Assembly: GCA_041489155.1 (NCBI GenBank)
Contig: JBGPQP010000001.1
Span: 1-64,000, forward strand
Reading direction: 5' to 3'
Origin: Candidatus Aenigmatarchaeota archaeon
GTDB lineage: Archaea; Aenigmatarchaeota; Aenigmatarchaeia; QMZP01; QMZT01
DNA length: 64,000 nucleotides
The notes beneath the pieces are model-generated. The model had not been told where the DNA came from, did not search any database, and saw only the letters and a program-made list of their open reading frames with translations. Both the position numbers and the translations under genes were made by a program. Numbering within the stretch: the first letter of the stretch is position 1; each line of letters begins with the position of its first letter. Below are positions 38,092 to 47,617 of this stretch, piece by piece.

Positions 38092-39249
38092 ATTATTCAG
38101 TCCTTGAAGACCTATCAGGTCGAACTCCTTTATTTTCGCGCTGTTTTTCAATACCTGCGAGACCGACGGCGTGGTTCTGCCAGCATCGCCGGTTATCAGT
38201 TCATGCAGGTATAAGCCGGACTCGACAGATATTTCAATTTGGTATCTTTTAGTATTAATCCTTTTCCATTTTATGCTTTTAACCTTTTTATGCTTTGTTT
38301 TGTCCGGTTTGCGACCCAAAACCCTGCTCGGCGTCCTCTGTTTTATTGTGCCGACCAGTTTTTTAAGTTCGCCTATTTCTGATACGGGATTTTCGAAATC
38401 AACTATTGCCCGGAAGATTTTGTAAGGTTTTTCTGACTTGATTCTGGCTATTTCATCCCTACCGGAAAGGCGGAGACCTGTAACCTTCACCTTCCTGTTC
38501 GCATTTATTGTTTTGGCGATTTCTTTCAGGTTCAGCCTCCTTCTGGCAGGCTGTTTTATTTCTATCACGAATGGTCTCCAGACGAGGCATCTTGCTTCCT
38601 TGTCCTCTCTTCCCAAGGCATGGAGCAGGTGTGTTTCGCCTTGCGTGGCTTTCATCATGGGTTTTGCTATTATATCCTCCACCGAATCCCTGTACCGATG
38701 CGAACTTGTCTGTGGGAGACCGCGACTGAATTTCTTGTATTTGCCGTACACAAAAACCGGGTTGTATGAAACCTCGAACGCCATTTTCTGGACGTCAAAT
38801 ATTATAAGAACGTCAGGTTTTTCGTGGTCAATTTTTGCCCCTGTTTTCTTTTTTATAATCTCAGAAAGCTGCCAGGATATTTCAGCTTTTATTGGCTCGG
38901 AATACTTTGCCCCGGTCTTCTCCCAGAGAGACTCTTCGTTCATGACTAGCGAGTCGCTCATCCTGACACCAACCATGAAAGTACGTAAATCCATCTTATT
39001 CAGGCCTTTTAATTTTTTATTCACCAAACCGCCAAGACCGGCGAGAAAATTTTCGCAGAGCATGCATTTTTCTGCTCTGTTTTGGGGGAATGACATCCCC
39101 TCCCTTTCAAGCATTCTGCGGACAAGGCGGCCTTTGTCATTATTGTTCTTTCCAATGACCGCTTTCGAGAACTGACGACCGAGGCAGTTGTCGCAAACAT
39201 ATCCCAAGCTGAGAAGTTTTATCGCAGCCTCTTTTATCGTCTTTTTCAT
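38092..39249 (-). CDS. pus10: tRNA pseudouridine synthase Pus10, divergent; no stop codon before rpl21e
   Basis: CDNCLGRQF, YGKYKKFSRGLPQT, GRED, RPFVIEI, QRTPSRV, GRTTPSVS. Confidence 0.88.
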
Positions 39250-39272
39250 ATTACCATTATGGCCGGCTGGTT

Positions 39273-40028
39273 TTAAACAGTTTTCAGGCGGAAAACGCGG
39301 ACGGCATTTTCCTTCGCCTTGGCTAGGACCTCTTCCTGCGTCGTCTTTTTTAGTTCAGCTATCTTCTCCGCGGAAAGCTTTATGTTCCATGGATAGTTTC
39401 TCGTGTCCTGTTCCTTGTTTGGCGAGAGGAAGGGTGAATCGGTTTCAAGAAGAAGCTTGTCAAACGGGAGATCTTTTGCGATCTTTCTTATGTTTTTGGA
39501 GAAAAGCACCATTGTCGATATGGAAATGTAAAAGCCATTTTCTACGATTTTCTTGGCCAGCTCCCTTGTCCCGGAGAAACAGTGGAACACCGCATCAAGA
39601 TTAGCAGCTCTGACCATTTCAAAACATTCCTCTTCCGCGTCCCATGAATGTATCACTATTGGTTTTTTCAGCTTCTGGGCAAGCTCGATGAAACTGGAAA
39701 ATACTTCTTTCTGCGTTCTTTGCTTGTCAGCATTCTTCTCCCAGTGGTGGTCGAGCCCTACTTCGCCGACACCAACGATTTTCTCCCTGTTGGATTTAAT
39801 GAGGTCCATTATCCTTTCCGGCCCGTCGCCTCCCTCTGTGGGGTGGTACCCAAGTGTTGAAAAAAGAAAACCGGGATCTTTTCCGGTGAGATCCAGTGCT
39901 TTCAACCCTTCGTCGTACCTTGCTGACGCGACTATTACGGCCGAAAGCTCTTGCCTGCATCTCGATATTATCGAAGCCATGTCTTTGTCGTAATCACCGA
40001 AACAAAGATGCGCGTGTATGTCTATCAT
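39273..40028 (-). CDS. tatD: TatD family hydrolase
   Basis: IDIHAH, GYHP, GEVGLD, IHSW, FHCF, LETDSPF. Confidence 0.94.
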   Translation of the reverse strand: MIDIHAHLCFGDYDKDMASIISRCRQELSAVIVASARYDEGLKALDLTGKDPGFLFSTLGYHPTEGGDGPERIMDLIKSNREKIVGVGEVGLDHHWEKNADKQRTQKEVFSSFIELAQKLKKPIVIHSWDAEEECFEMVRAANLDAVFHCFSGTRELAKKIVENGFYISISTMVLFSKNIRKIAKDLPFDKLLLETDSPFLSPNKEQDTRNYPWNIKLSAEKIAELKKTTQEEVLAKAKENAVRVFRLKTV

Positions 40029-40029
40029 G

Positions 40030-40863
40030 TCATGCCTCGGAAAAGAAATACCTAAGCGCTTCCTGTATATCCTTGACTTCGATGACGTCTATTCCCACCT
40101 CTTCCGATATGTTGACTTTTTGGGGGACTTTCTCGTTGGTGCATATCTGGGCAGGACCTATCTGCTCGCAATATTTTCTTGTCTCGTACGTGATTTCCTG
40201 CGACTGCATAAGGGGGACAAGAAGCAGGCGCGCTCCGGCGTCTTTCGCTGCCTTTGCCTTTTCAAGCACCTGGCCGACCGGTCCTATCGTGCCGTCGTGG
40301 TTGATGGCGCCGGTTATGAAAACACGCTGGTCTATGTTCTTTTTCCATATTGCAGCGATGGTAGCGATGGTCAAAGCCGTCCCTGCTGACGGGCCTTCGA
40401 CCGAGGTGGCGTTTGTGGTAATCGTATATATCATGTCATAATTGGACATGTTCACGCCTGTTATGTTCGAAGCAACCTTGCTCGAGGTGCGGATAGAGTT
40501 CTGGGTATCGGTCCAGAAAAGCAGCTTGTCTATGTTCGCGAGGACCCTGCCGTCGCCTGGAACTATCTGGACTGTGATAACAGTCGTCAGGCCGTTGCCT
40601 TCCTCGTCCACCGCTGGTATTACTATGGATGTGTACGAAACGTTCGCAAAAGAGCCCTGGACAGGGTTGTAGGGGACGTAGTTGACGATATTGATTGGCC
40701 TTGTTTCATTGCGATATATGATGACCGTTTCGTTCATGTTGCCCATGTAATAACCAATCAGAAACACAAGCGTAACAGAAATCAGGGCGGCCAAAAACCT
40801 GATTGTTTTTTTCTTTCCGGTCGGTTTGCTGTGAACCGTTCTTCTGTAGGCGTACATTGGCAC
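40030..40863 (-). CDS. Membrane-anchored S16 (Lon protease domain) serine protease
   Basis: N-terminal TM; VEGPSAG Ser, TGAINHDGTIGPVG, EKAKAA Lys; no ATPase domain. Confidence 0.88.
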   Translation of the reverse strand: MPMYAYRRTVHSKPTGKKKTIRFLAALISVTLVFLIGYYMGNMNETVIIYRNETRPINIVNYVPYNPVQGSFANVSYTSIVIPAVDEEGNGLTTVITVQIVPGDGRVLANIDKLLFWTDTQNSIRTSSKVASNITGVNMSNYDMIYTITTNATSVEGPSAGTALTIATIAAIWKKNIDQRVFITGAINHDGTIGPVGQVLEKAKAAKDAGARLLLVPLMQSQEITYETRKYCEQIGPAQICTNEKVPQKVNISEEVGIDVIEVKDIQEALRYFFSEA

Positions 40864-40912
40864 AACCCCGATGCTAGCATGATTTCTATCTTTTTCATTC
40901 GCTGTTAAACAA

Positions 40913-40920
40913 TTTAAATA
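40913..40920 (+). promoter_or_regulatory. TATA box of the SRP RNA gene
   Basis: TTTAAATA ending 21 nt before the GC-rich RNA start. Confidence 0.6.
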
Positions 40921-40940
40921 TTGACTGTTGGATTATTAAT

Positions 40941-41255
40941 GCAGGGGGCCTCCAACTGCGGGGCTAGGCCTACCGCACCTTCGGGTGGCAAACGGTCTTC
41001 ATGGCCGGTTGTAGTTTACGGGTGGCTTTGCGAGGACTGCAAGCCCAGTCCTGCCAACTGAGAAGCCTTGTCCTGCAGGATCATCTTCATAGTGAACCGG
41101 GTCAGGGTCGGAAAGTTTCGCACGTTCCGCGTGCGTGCCCCGAAAGACAGCAGCCCTAAACCGTGTTGGTGGTGCTTGCAGGGTTACAGGGTGGAGAAGG
41201 CGGACCGGATAACTTCCAGCTTTTCGTAAAAGTCTAACGTTAACACGCCTCCTGC
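40941..41255 (+). ncRNA. ffs: Signal recognition particle RNA with insertion in helix 8
   Basis: GAACCGGGTCAGGGTC...GACAGCAGCCCTAA SRP54-binding helix; helix-5 motifs GAAGCCTTGTCC and GGGTTACAGGGTGGAG; terminal stem 40941-40949/41247-41255. Confidence 0.85.
41114..41145 (+). other. Candidate BHB-type intron (32 nt) in SRP RNA
   Basis: TCGG/CCGA 4-bp helix with AAA and AAG bulges; removal gives GTC-GGAA-GAC. Confidence 0.7.
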
Positions 41256-41323
41256 TCTTTGTTATATTTCCGTAAACAAGCAGCAATTCTCGGATTTTTT
41301 ATAGGCGATGACAATATTTTAAT

Positions 41324-42202
41324 ATGCCTTCCTTTTACAGAAAATTGTCCCTCGTTCTTTTCGGGGGTCTGGTTGAGAAGAACATCGCTTCGTTCAAGCC
41401 GCTGGAGCTGCATATAAGAAATGCCAACATGAAAATCCTTCTGAAAACATGGATAAGCATGCTGTTTATGTCGACGTTCATTTCTTTCTTCGTTTCATTC
41501 ATTCTGATTTACGTGCTCCTGAGCTACATCGTCCAAGTGGAATTCTACATATACATATTCTGCATTATATTTTTCCCGGTCTTCGTTGCATCACTGGTTT
41601 TCATATTTTTTTACCTGTATCCGGTCGAAAAGGAGAGGTCAAGGCAACGTTCAATAGAAAATAACATGCCCTTTGCCATCACGCATATGGCGGCTATTGC
41701 CTCATCTGGAATACCAACCGAATTCATGTTTGAGTTATTGACTGGCTTCAAGGAGTACGGGGAGATATCACAGGATTCGAAGCTCATAATGAGGAACATA
41801 AAAACATTCGGCATGAGTTCGATCGATGCCTTGAAGGACATCGCCGATAGAACGCCTTCCCAGAGCTTCAGGGAGCTTCTGCTGGGCATAGTCTCAACTA
41901 CAGAGTCAGGAGGGGACATGGTGGAATACCTGCATGAGATGTCCGAGAGGGCCTTGTTTGACTACAGGATAAAAAGAGAGAGGTATATGAAAACGCTTTC
42001 CACATATGCAGACATATACACCGCGCTTCTTGTAGCCGCGCCTCTGATGATGCTCTCAATGCTTGCGACCATGAGCATAATAGGGGGAAGCGTGATGGGG
42101 CTTACGATAGATGAGATGATAATGCTGATTACATGGGTCATGCTGCCGTTCCTCAATGTAGCTTTCATTGTATTCATTCATATCACATATCCCGGTGTGT
42201 AA
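41324..42202 (+). CDS. Type IV pilus platform protein (TadC/T2SSF family)
   Basis: MPFAITHMAAIASSG, TPSQSFRELL; TM pattern. Confidence 0.9.
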   Translation: MPSFYRKLSLVLFGGLVEKNIASFKPLELHIRNANMKILLKTWISMLFMSTFISFFVSFILIYVLLSYIVQVEFYIYIFCIIFFPVFVASLVFIFFYLYPVEKERSRQRSIENNMPFAITHMAAIASSGIPTEFMFELLTGFKEYGEISQDSKLIMRNIKTFGMSSIDALKDIADRTPSQSFRELLLGIVSTTESGGDMVEYLHEMSERALFDYRIKRERYMKTLSTYADIYTALLVAAPLMMLSMLATMSIIGGSVMGLTIDEMIMLITWVMLPFLNVAFIVFIHITYPGV

Positions 42203-42203
42203 A

Positions 42204-43061
42204 ATGGAAATGAGCAAAAACGTTATGAACGAGGTGTTTTTTGTAGCGATAGGCATCTTGATACTGATGCTCAATTTCTTTGTAATAATCAATATATTCC
42301 CTTTCATATCACCGCTTTTCAACGTCCTCGGCGCCATGGTGGCTATAGTGCCGCCGTTCCTTATTTTCTATGGAAGATACAGGGTAAGCAAAGAGATAGA
42401 GGAACAATTCATAATATTCATAACCGATCTGACAGGGGCGATAGATTCCGGTATGACCCTGCCCATCGCCTTGAAGCATGTTTCAAAGAAAGACTACAGA
42501 TCGCTGACGCCTTACGTAAAGGAGATAGAAGGCAAGGTCGAGTGGGGCATTCCTTTCGAAAAGGCACTGAACATATTCTCGCATAAAGTGAAGTCAACGC
42601 CCATTAGAAGATCTGTCAGCACGATAATAGAAACGTACAAGGTGGGCGGCAAGATATCAGATACGTTAAAGGCAATAGGTCAGTCGCTTATCGAAATAAA
42701 CAAGATAAGGCAGGAACGTTCCACTTCTGTCCAATCGCAACTTGTTACGTCATACATGATATTCTTCGTTTTCATATTCATCCTTCTTATTCTGAAGAGC
42801 TTCCTGATCCCGTCACTGGGCAGCATGCAGATGTCACCAAGCTTGATGGAGGAACAGGAAGAGACGCAAACTATGCCAACAGAAATCTACAACCAAACTT
42901 TCGTGAATTTTATACTTGTTCAGGGCTTTTTCGCCGGCCTTGCCACGGGGAAGATGGCAGAGGGCTCGGTGGTCGCCGGCATTAAGCACAGCATCGTTTT
43001 GATAGTGATAGGTTATACGGTTTTCTCTGTTCTCGGGCAGTTCCAGCTATCAATGTTTTAA
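42204..43061 (+). CDS. Type IV pilus platform protein (TadB/TadC family)
   Basis: SGMTLPIAL, WGIPFEKAL, VQGFFAGLATGKMAEGS..AGIKH. Confidence 0.9.
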   Translation: MEMSKNVMNEVFFVAIGILILMLNFFVIINIFPFISPLFNVLGAMVAIVPPFLIFYGRYRVSKEIEEQFIIFITDLTGAIDSGMTLPIALKHVSKKDYRSLTPYVKEIEGKVEWGIPFEKALNIFSHKVKSTPIRRSVSTIIETYKVGGKISDTLKAIGQSLIEINKIRQERSTSVQSQLVTSYMIFFVFIFILLILKSFLIPSLGSMQMSPSLMEEQEETQTMPTEIYNQTFVNFILVQGFFAGLATGKMAEGSVVAGIKHSIVLIVIGYTVFSVLGQFQLSMF

Positions 43062-43105
43062 ATATTCATCTGTAGGAATAAGTAATATTACTCAAGTGTG
43101 ATGTT

Positions 43106-43312
43106 ATGGGAAGAATAAAAACGACCCCGATAAAAACGCTCGGCGACCAGCTCATAAGAGAGCACACCGACAAGTTTAGCGTTGACTTTGAAAAGAACAA
43201 GGTTGTGCTGGGAGATTTAAAAGAGATAAAATCGAAGAAGGTGAGGAACATACTTGCTGGTTACATAACCAAGGAAATGCAAAAGCTGAAGAAGAGCGAC
43301 GTGAGTGTATGA
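43106..43312 (+). CDS. rps17e: 30S ribosomal protein S17e
   Basis: MGRIKT, FEKNK, SKKVRNILAGYIT. Confidence 0.96.
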   Translation: MGRIKTTPIKTLGDQLIREHTDKFSVDFEKNKVVLGDLKEIKSKKVRNILAGYITKEMQKLKKSDVSV

Positions 43313-44403
43313 AGCTTGAAGACGTGATAGAAAACGCATTCATGGTAAAGCCGGAAGAAGCGTTGTCGCAAGTGGCCTCAAGAATGGCAAACGAAAAGAA
43401 ATATGAGGCTTTCGTTTTTGACAAAGAACTGAAGGGCATCGTAACCCTTGACGACATAGTCAAAAAAAGAGTCAGCGAGCCGCAGAAGATGAAGATTTCA
43501 TATCTCATGAAGCCCGTGACCGTTTTTTCAGTAGAAGCGCCCGTCGAAGACATAATGAATTACATGTTGGTTAGTGAGCACAGGTCTTTGCCCATCGAGA
43601 AAGACGGTAAGATATACGCGATAACAAAACCTAAGTTGCTCAAATTCGTAAAAGACGAAATTTTTGCCGGTAAAAAAGCAATAGATGTAATGCAGAAAAC
43701 ATACTGCGCAAGCACCAACGACACGATATCTACTGTTGCAACAGTAATGCGTGACACGGGCGTTAACAGGATACCCGTTGTAGACGAAGAGGGCAGATTC
43801 GCAGGCCTTGTCGACAGCCTCAGCCTGGCAGGCATGCTTGTAGGCAGGGAGAGATCGCAGTTCGGCGAGAGGGATGGAGAAAAGGTGAAACTCGGCAACG
43901 TGGGTGTCAGCACGTTCCTAAGGACTGATATACTGAAGGTCTCGCCTGAAACCGACCTCAAACAAATCGTCAAGAAAATATCCAACGAGGATTCATGTAC
44001 CGCTATAGTAGAGGAAAACGGAAAGCTCATGGGCATGATAACAATAAAGGATATTTTCAAGCTGATAGGCAAATCGCTCGAAACCGTGTACATAAGAGTT
44101 AGCGGTCTCCATGACGAAGACGAATTCGTAAGAAATAAGATAGACGAGATGATAGAGAAGACCATAAACAAATTGCTGAAAACAGTCAAGGTGACTTACG
44201 TGGCACTCCATGTCGATACCCACAAAAAGAAGGTGAGGAGAGACGAAAGAATGAAATATTCGGTGCATGGCAGGCTTGTCACAGACAAGGGTAACTTCTA
44301 CGCGAGCGATTACGAATGGGAGCCGACGAAGGCAGTTAAGGTTTTTCTTGACAGAATAGAAACCGAAGTTCACAGACAGATAGAAAAGACAAGAGGCTAT
44401 TAG
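43309..44403 (+). CDS. Four CBS domains + C-terminal HPF/RaiA-like domain
   Basis: CBS repeats (GIVTLDDI, RIPVVD, GMITIKDI); C-terminal beta-alpha-beta-beta-beta-alpha pattern. Confidence 0.8.
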   Translation: MKLEDVIENAFMVKPEEALSQVASRMANEKKYEAFVFDKELKGIVTLDDIVKKRVSEPQKMKISYLMKPVTVFSVEAPVEDIMNYMLVSEHRSLPIEKDGKIYAITKPKLLKFVKDEIFAGKKAIDVMQKTYCASTNDTISTVATVMRDTGVNRIPVVDEEGRFAGLVDSLSLAGMLVGRERSQFGERDGEKVKLGNVGVSTFLRTDILKVSPETDLKQIVKKISNEDSCTAIVEENGKLMGMITIKDIFKLIGKSLETVYIRVSGLHDEDEFVRNKIDEMIEKTINKLLKTVKVTYVALHVDTHKKKVRRDERMKYSVHGRLVTDKGNFYASDYEWEPTKAVKVFLDRIETEVHRQIEKTRGY

Positions 44404-45869
44404 AAAATATTTTTACCTTCAAAAAATTCATCAATCTTCTGCGGTAAATCCTTTATCTTGATTCTTATCTGCTTCATTGAGTCCCTTTCACGAAGGGTTA
44501 CATCGTGTTTATCGACCGATTCGTAGTCGATGGTTATGGCCAGCGGAATGCCAAGCTGATCATATATTACGTAACGCTTTCCTATCGACTGCTTTTCATC
44601 GTATCTAACCTCATATTTGGTTTTTAGCGTCTCGTATACTTCCCTCGCTTTCACGTCAAGCCCGTCCTTCCTGACTAGCGGAAGTACTACGACGTCGAGC
44701 GGTGCAAGGCTGCGCGAAAACTGCAGGACAGGTTTCCCGTCCCTTTCTGAAAGCGAGTTTTCAAGGATGGAATAAAATATGCGATCGAGTCCCATTGAAA
44801 GTTCAAAAACGTGGGGGATGAATTTCTCCTCATCTTCAACGACCGAAAGATCTGTTCCGGAAACTTTTGAATGCGATGCCATGTCGTAGTCAGTCCTGTA
44901 GTTACATGCCACTAGCTCTAGCCATCCCACGCTGGTTTTTACCTCGAAGTCCCATGTCTCCTTCGAATAAAACGCCCTCGCATTTTCCTCAAGCTCACGG
45001 AAGCGCATGTCCTTCGGATCAAAGCCGCACTTCTCGAAAAACTGCTGGGTTACGGCAAGATAATAACCGATGAGTCTGCCGGACACTGTTTTCTTCTCAA
45101 CGGCTTTTTCAAGCGTGATGGATTGCGTTTCCTTTCCCATGAGCTTAAGCCTGAGCTCTAAGTTTTTGTATTTTTCAAATTCCGGGACATCATCTATCTT
45201 CTTGGGGTTGAAGAAAACTTCGGTCTCCAGCTGCGTGAATTCCCTCGAGCGAATCAGGCCCTGTCTGGGTGAAATTTCGTTCCTGAAGGATCTCCCGGCC
45301 TGTGAAATGCCTAGCGGCAGAGAAACCCTTGCAGTCTTGTATATCTTCTGGAAATCGGTAAATATGTTTTGGCATGTTTCAGGCCTCAGGTAGGCGTTCT
45401 TCTCGGCGGTGAGGGGACCAATAGAAACGCCGATCATCATGTTGAACTTCTGCACTTTTTCCAGTCTGCCTTTACACTCCGGGCATTTTACAGCGTGCTT
45501 TTCTATAAGTCCGTTGAACTCAGAGGGTTCCATTGCCTCCGGTATTGTTTTTCCGGCAACTTCCTCGATAAGCTTGTCTGCCCTGAATACCTTCCTGCAT
45601 TTGGAACACTGCACCAGAGGATCAACGAAGTTCTTCAAGTGACCTGACGCCTCGAAATTTTTTCTGGGGAGAATAAGACACCCGTCAATTTCCAGAGAGT
45701 CAGTTCTGCGGACGATTTCCCTTCTCCAGAGGTCAATGATTTTCCTGCGCATTACTGTCCCAAGGTGGCCGAAATCCAGAAAACCGGCCAGTGCCGAGTG
45801 TATTTCAGCGGTGGGAAAAAACAAACCGCGTTGATCGGCGAGCTCCTGTATACGGGCGAACTTATCCAT
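44400..45869 (-). CDS. glyS: Glycyl-tRNA synthetase (class IIa)
   Basis: ASGHLKNFVDP, YLRPETCQ, FRNEISPRQGLIRSREF, SIGKRY. Confidence 0.96.
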   Translation of the reverse strand: MDKFARIQELADQRGLFFPTAEIHSALAGFLDFGHLGTVMRRKIIDLWRREIVRRTDSLEIDGCLILPRKNFEASGHLKNFVDPLVQCSKCRKVFRADKLIEEVAGKTIPEAMEPSEFNGLIEKHAVKCPECKGRLEKVQKFNMMIGVSIGPLTAEKNAYLRPETCQNIFTDFQKIYKTARVSLPLGISQAGRSFRNEISPRQGLIRSREFTQLETEVFFNPKKIDDVPEFEKYKNLELRLKLMGKETQSITLEKAVEKKTVSGRLIGYYLAVTQQFFEKCGFDPKDMRFRELEENARAFYSKETWDFEVKTSVGWLELVACNYRTDYDMASHSKVSGTDLSVVEDEEKFIPHVFELSMGLDRIFYSILENSLSERDGKPVLQFSRSLAPLDVVVLPLVRKDGLDVKAREVYETLKTKYEVRYDEKQSIGKRYVIYDQLGIPLAITIDYESVDKHDVTLRERDSMKQIRIKIKDLPQKIDEFFEGKNIF

Positions 45870-45913
45870 GAAAATCACATATAAATTTATTATGATTGTT
45901 TAAATAAGATAGT

Positions 45914-46576
45914 ATGCCAAGGAAGAGCTCTTTGAAAGTCGATTTTCACGTCCACTCCGATGTTTCGAGAGACAGTGATATGACGCCTAGAACCATAATA
46001 AGTTCCGCAAGGAAAAACGGGCTCGATGCGATAGCCGTCACCGATCATGATACAATAAAAGGCGCGCTAGAGGTTCAGAAAATCTCAGATGGTTTGGTAG
46101 TTTTCGTTGGAGCAGAAATCAAAACCAAAAGCGGCGAGGTCATAGGTCTCAACCTTAAAAAAGACATCGAAGCAGGGCTTTCCCTTGAGGCGACATGCAA
46201 AAGGATAAAGGAACAGGGGGGGTTCCTGATCGTCCCTCATCCTTTCGATAGATTCAGGAACGGCATCGGCAAGGCTATAGAAAAAATTGTAAATTACATA
46301 GACGCGGTCGAAGTTTTCAACGCAAGGGTATTGGTAGACCGCTTCAACGAAGAGGCGATGGACTTCGCAAAAAAACACTCCCTCCCGGTTGTCGCAGGCT
46401 CTGATTCTCATTTTGTCAATGAAATCGGCTCTGCCTTCACTCTGGTTAAGGCTAACAAAAGCAGGGATGGCATACTAAGAGCGATAAAAAACGGTTATGC
46501 GGAAATAGGCGGCAAGAAAACAGGCGTACTGCCCCACTGGAAAACCTTTGTCACGAAAATGGGCAAAAAACTTTAG
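45914..46576 (+). CDS. PHP-domain metallophosphoesterase
   Basis: DFHVHS, AVTDHD, PHPF, EVFNAR, GSDSH. Confidence 0.92.
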   Translation: MPRKSSLKVDFHVHSDVSRDSDMTPRTIISSARKNGLDAIAVTDHDTIKGALEVQKISDGLVVFVGAEIKTKSGEVIGLNLKKDIEAGLSLEATCKRIKEQGGFLIVPHPFDRFRNGIGKAIEKIVNYIDAVEVFNARVLVDRFNEEAMDFAKKHSLPVVAGSDSHFVNEIGSAFTLVKANKSRDGILRAIKNGYAEIGGKKTGVLPHWKTFVTKMGKKL

Positions 46577-46582
46577 CTTTGC

Positions 46583-47614
46583 TTACGGTATGTTACTTAT
46601 ATTTTTGGTTATGTTTTCAAGGCCTGCCTCTAGTTCCTTTTTCAAATCGTCCAGTGTTTTGTACTTCTTTAGTTCTTCTGTCAGGTTGTCCACCGGTTTT
46701 TTCAGGTCTTCAGGCATTTCCCTCATGACGTTTTCCCTGTATTCACCAATCATGTTTGCAATTTGATCATTGGCTTCTCCAACAATCGGTATTATGAGGA
46801 CCGCGAACGATATAATGACAATCGGCAGCAGCAGATACTCCAGCACTATCATGTTGCTTATCTTGTGAACCTCTATGTCCATTTTCTTGAAAAGAAGCAG
46901 TATAAAAAGCGGTATTAACACCAGAAGCGTCATGCTGAGCGGGAAACCGTATTGCACGAAGGATATAGCATAAGAAAACGCTCCTACAAGGCAGATAGTC
47001 GCGAACAGTTTTTTGTTGCTTTTTATGATGCTACCTGTAAATTTGAATTTGTATATAAGATAACTGGCAGTGTAAACAATCGAAAAAACGAATACTAGCC
47101 AGAAGGGGAATTTGGCTATATCAGACGTCAGCGCGAACCAGCCGCATGAAAATTTCAGAAATTCGATAGCCGTCATGTTGACAGCGGTTTTTTTCAGACC
47201 TCTTTTAAATCTGGTGTATGGGGATGAATGGAGAAAGTTGAGGAACAGCATTCCGGCAACCATCAAAAAAAACCATTGACTAACAAGCAAGGAAACCGAC
47301 AAACCGGTGATTACGAAAATGAGGGCAAGTATTTTCGCTGCTCTTTCGCTCAGCATCCCTCCTGCCACGAGCTTCCATTTGATCTTTTCAGCATCTTTCT
47401 TGTCCTCATGATAATCAACCAAGTCGTTGTAGACATAGACATAAGAGTAGGCTAATAGAAAGCCTGCAAGCGAAATGATAGCGACAAAAAGATCAGGTAT
47501 CCCCATTACGAACCAGTAAAGCAAAATACCCAAAGAGAACTGGACGATGTTTTTGGGTATGCTTATAGTTATGCTGTTGAAAATTATTTTTTTAGCGCGA
47601 CTCATTATCTGCAC
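46583..47614 (-). CDS. UbiA prenyltransferase family protein
   Basis: [10 protein letters not shown] motif; multiple TM; helical C-terminal extension. Confidence 0.8.
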   Translation of the reverse strand: MQIMSRAKKIIFNSITISIPKNIVQFSLGILLYWFVMGIPDLFVAIISLAGFLLAYSYVYVYNDLVDYHEDKKDAEKIKWKLVAGGMLSERAAKILALIFVITGLSVSLLVSQWFFLMVAGMLFLNFLHSSPYTRFKRGLKKTAVNMTAIEFLKFSCGWFALTSDIAKFPFWLVFVFSIVYTASYLIYKFKFTGSIIKSNKKLFATICLVGAFSYAISFVQYGFPLSMTLLVLIPLFILLLFKKMDIEVHKISNMIVLEYLLLPIVIISFAVLIIPIVGEANDQIANMIGEYRENVMREMPEDLKKPVDNLTEELKKYKTLDDLKKELEAGLENITKNISNIP

Positions 47615-47617
47615 CCA

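Noticed and set aside
40954..41016. Possible second intron in the 5' hairpin of the SRP RNA
   Set aside because: I could not build a 4-bp helix with correctly oriented 3-nt bulges.
40941..41255. RNase P RNA as an alternative identity
   Set aside because: No GAGGAAAGTCC or ACAGAA P4 signature; SRP helix-8 motifs are present.
40999..41286. 95-aa minus-strand ORF
   Set aside because: Antisense to the SRP RNA; no protein features.
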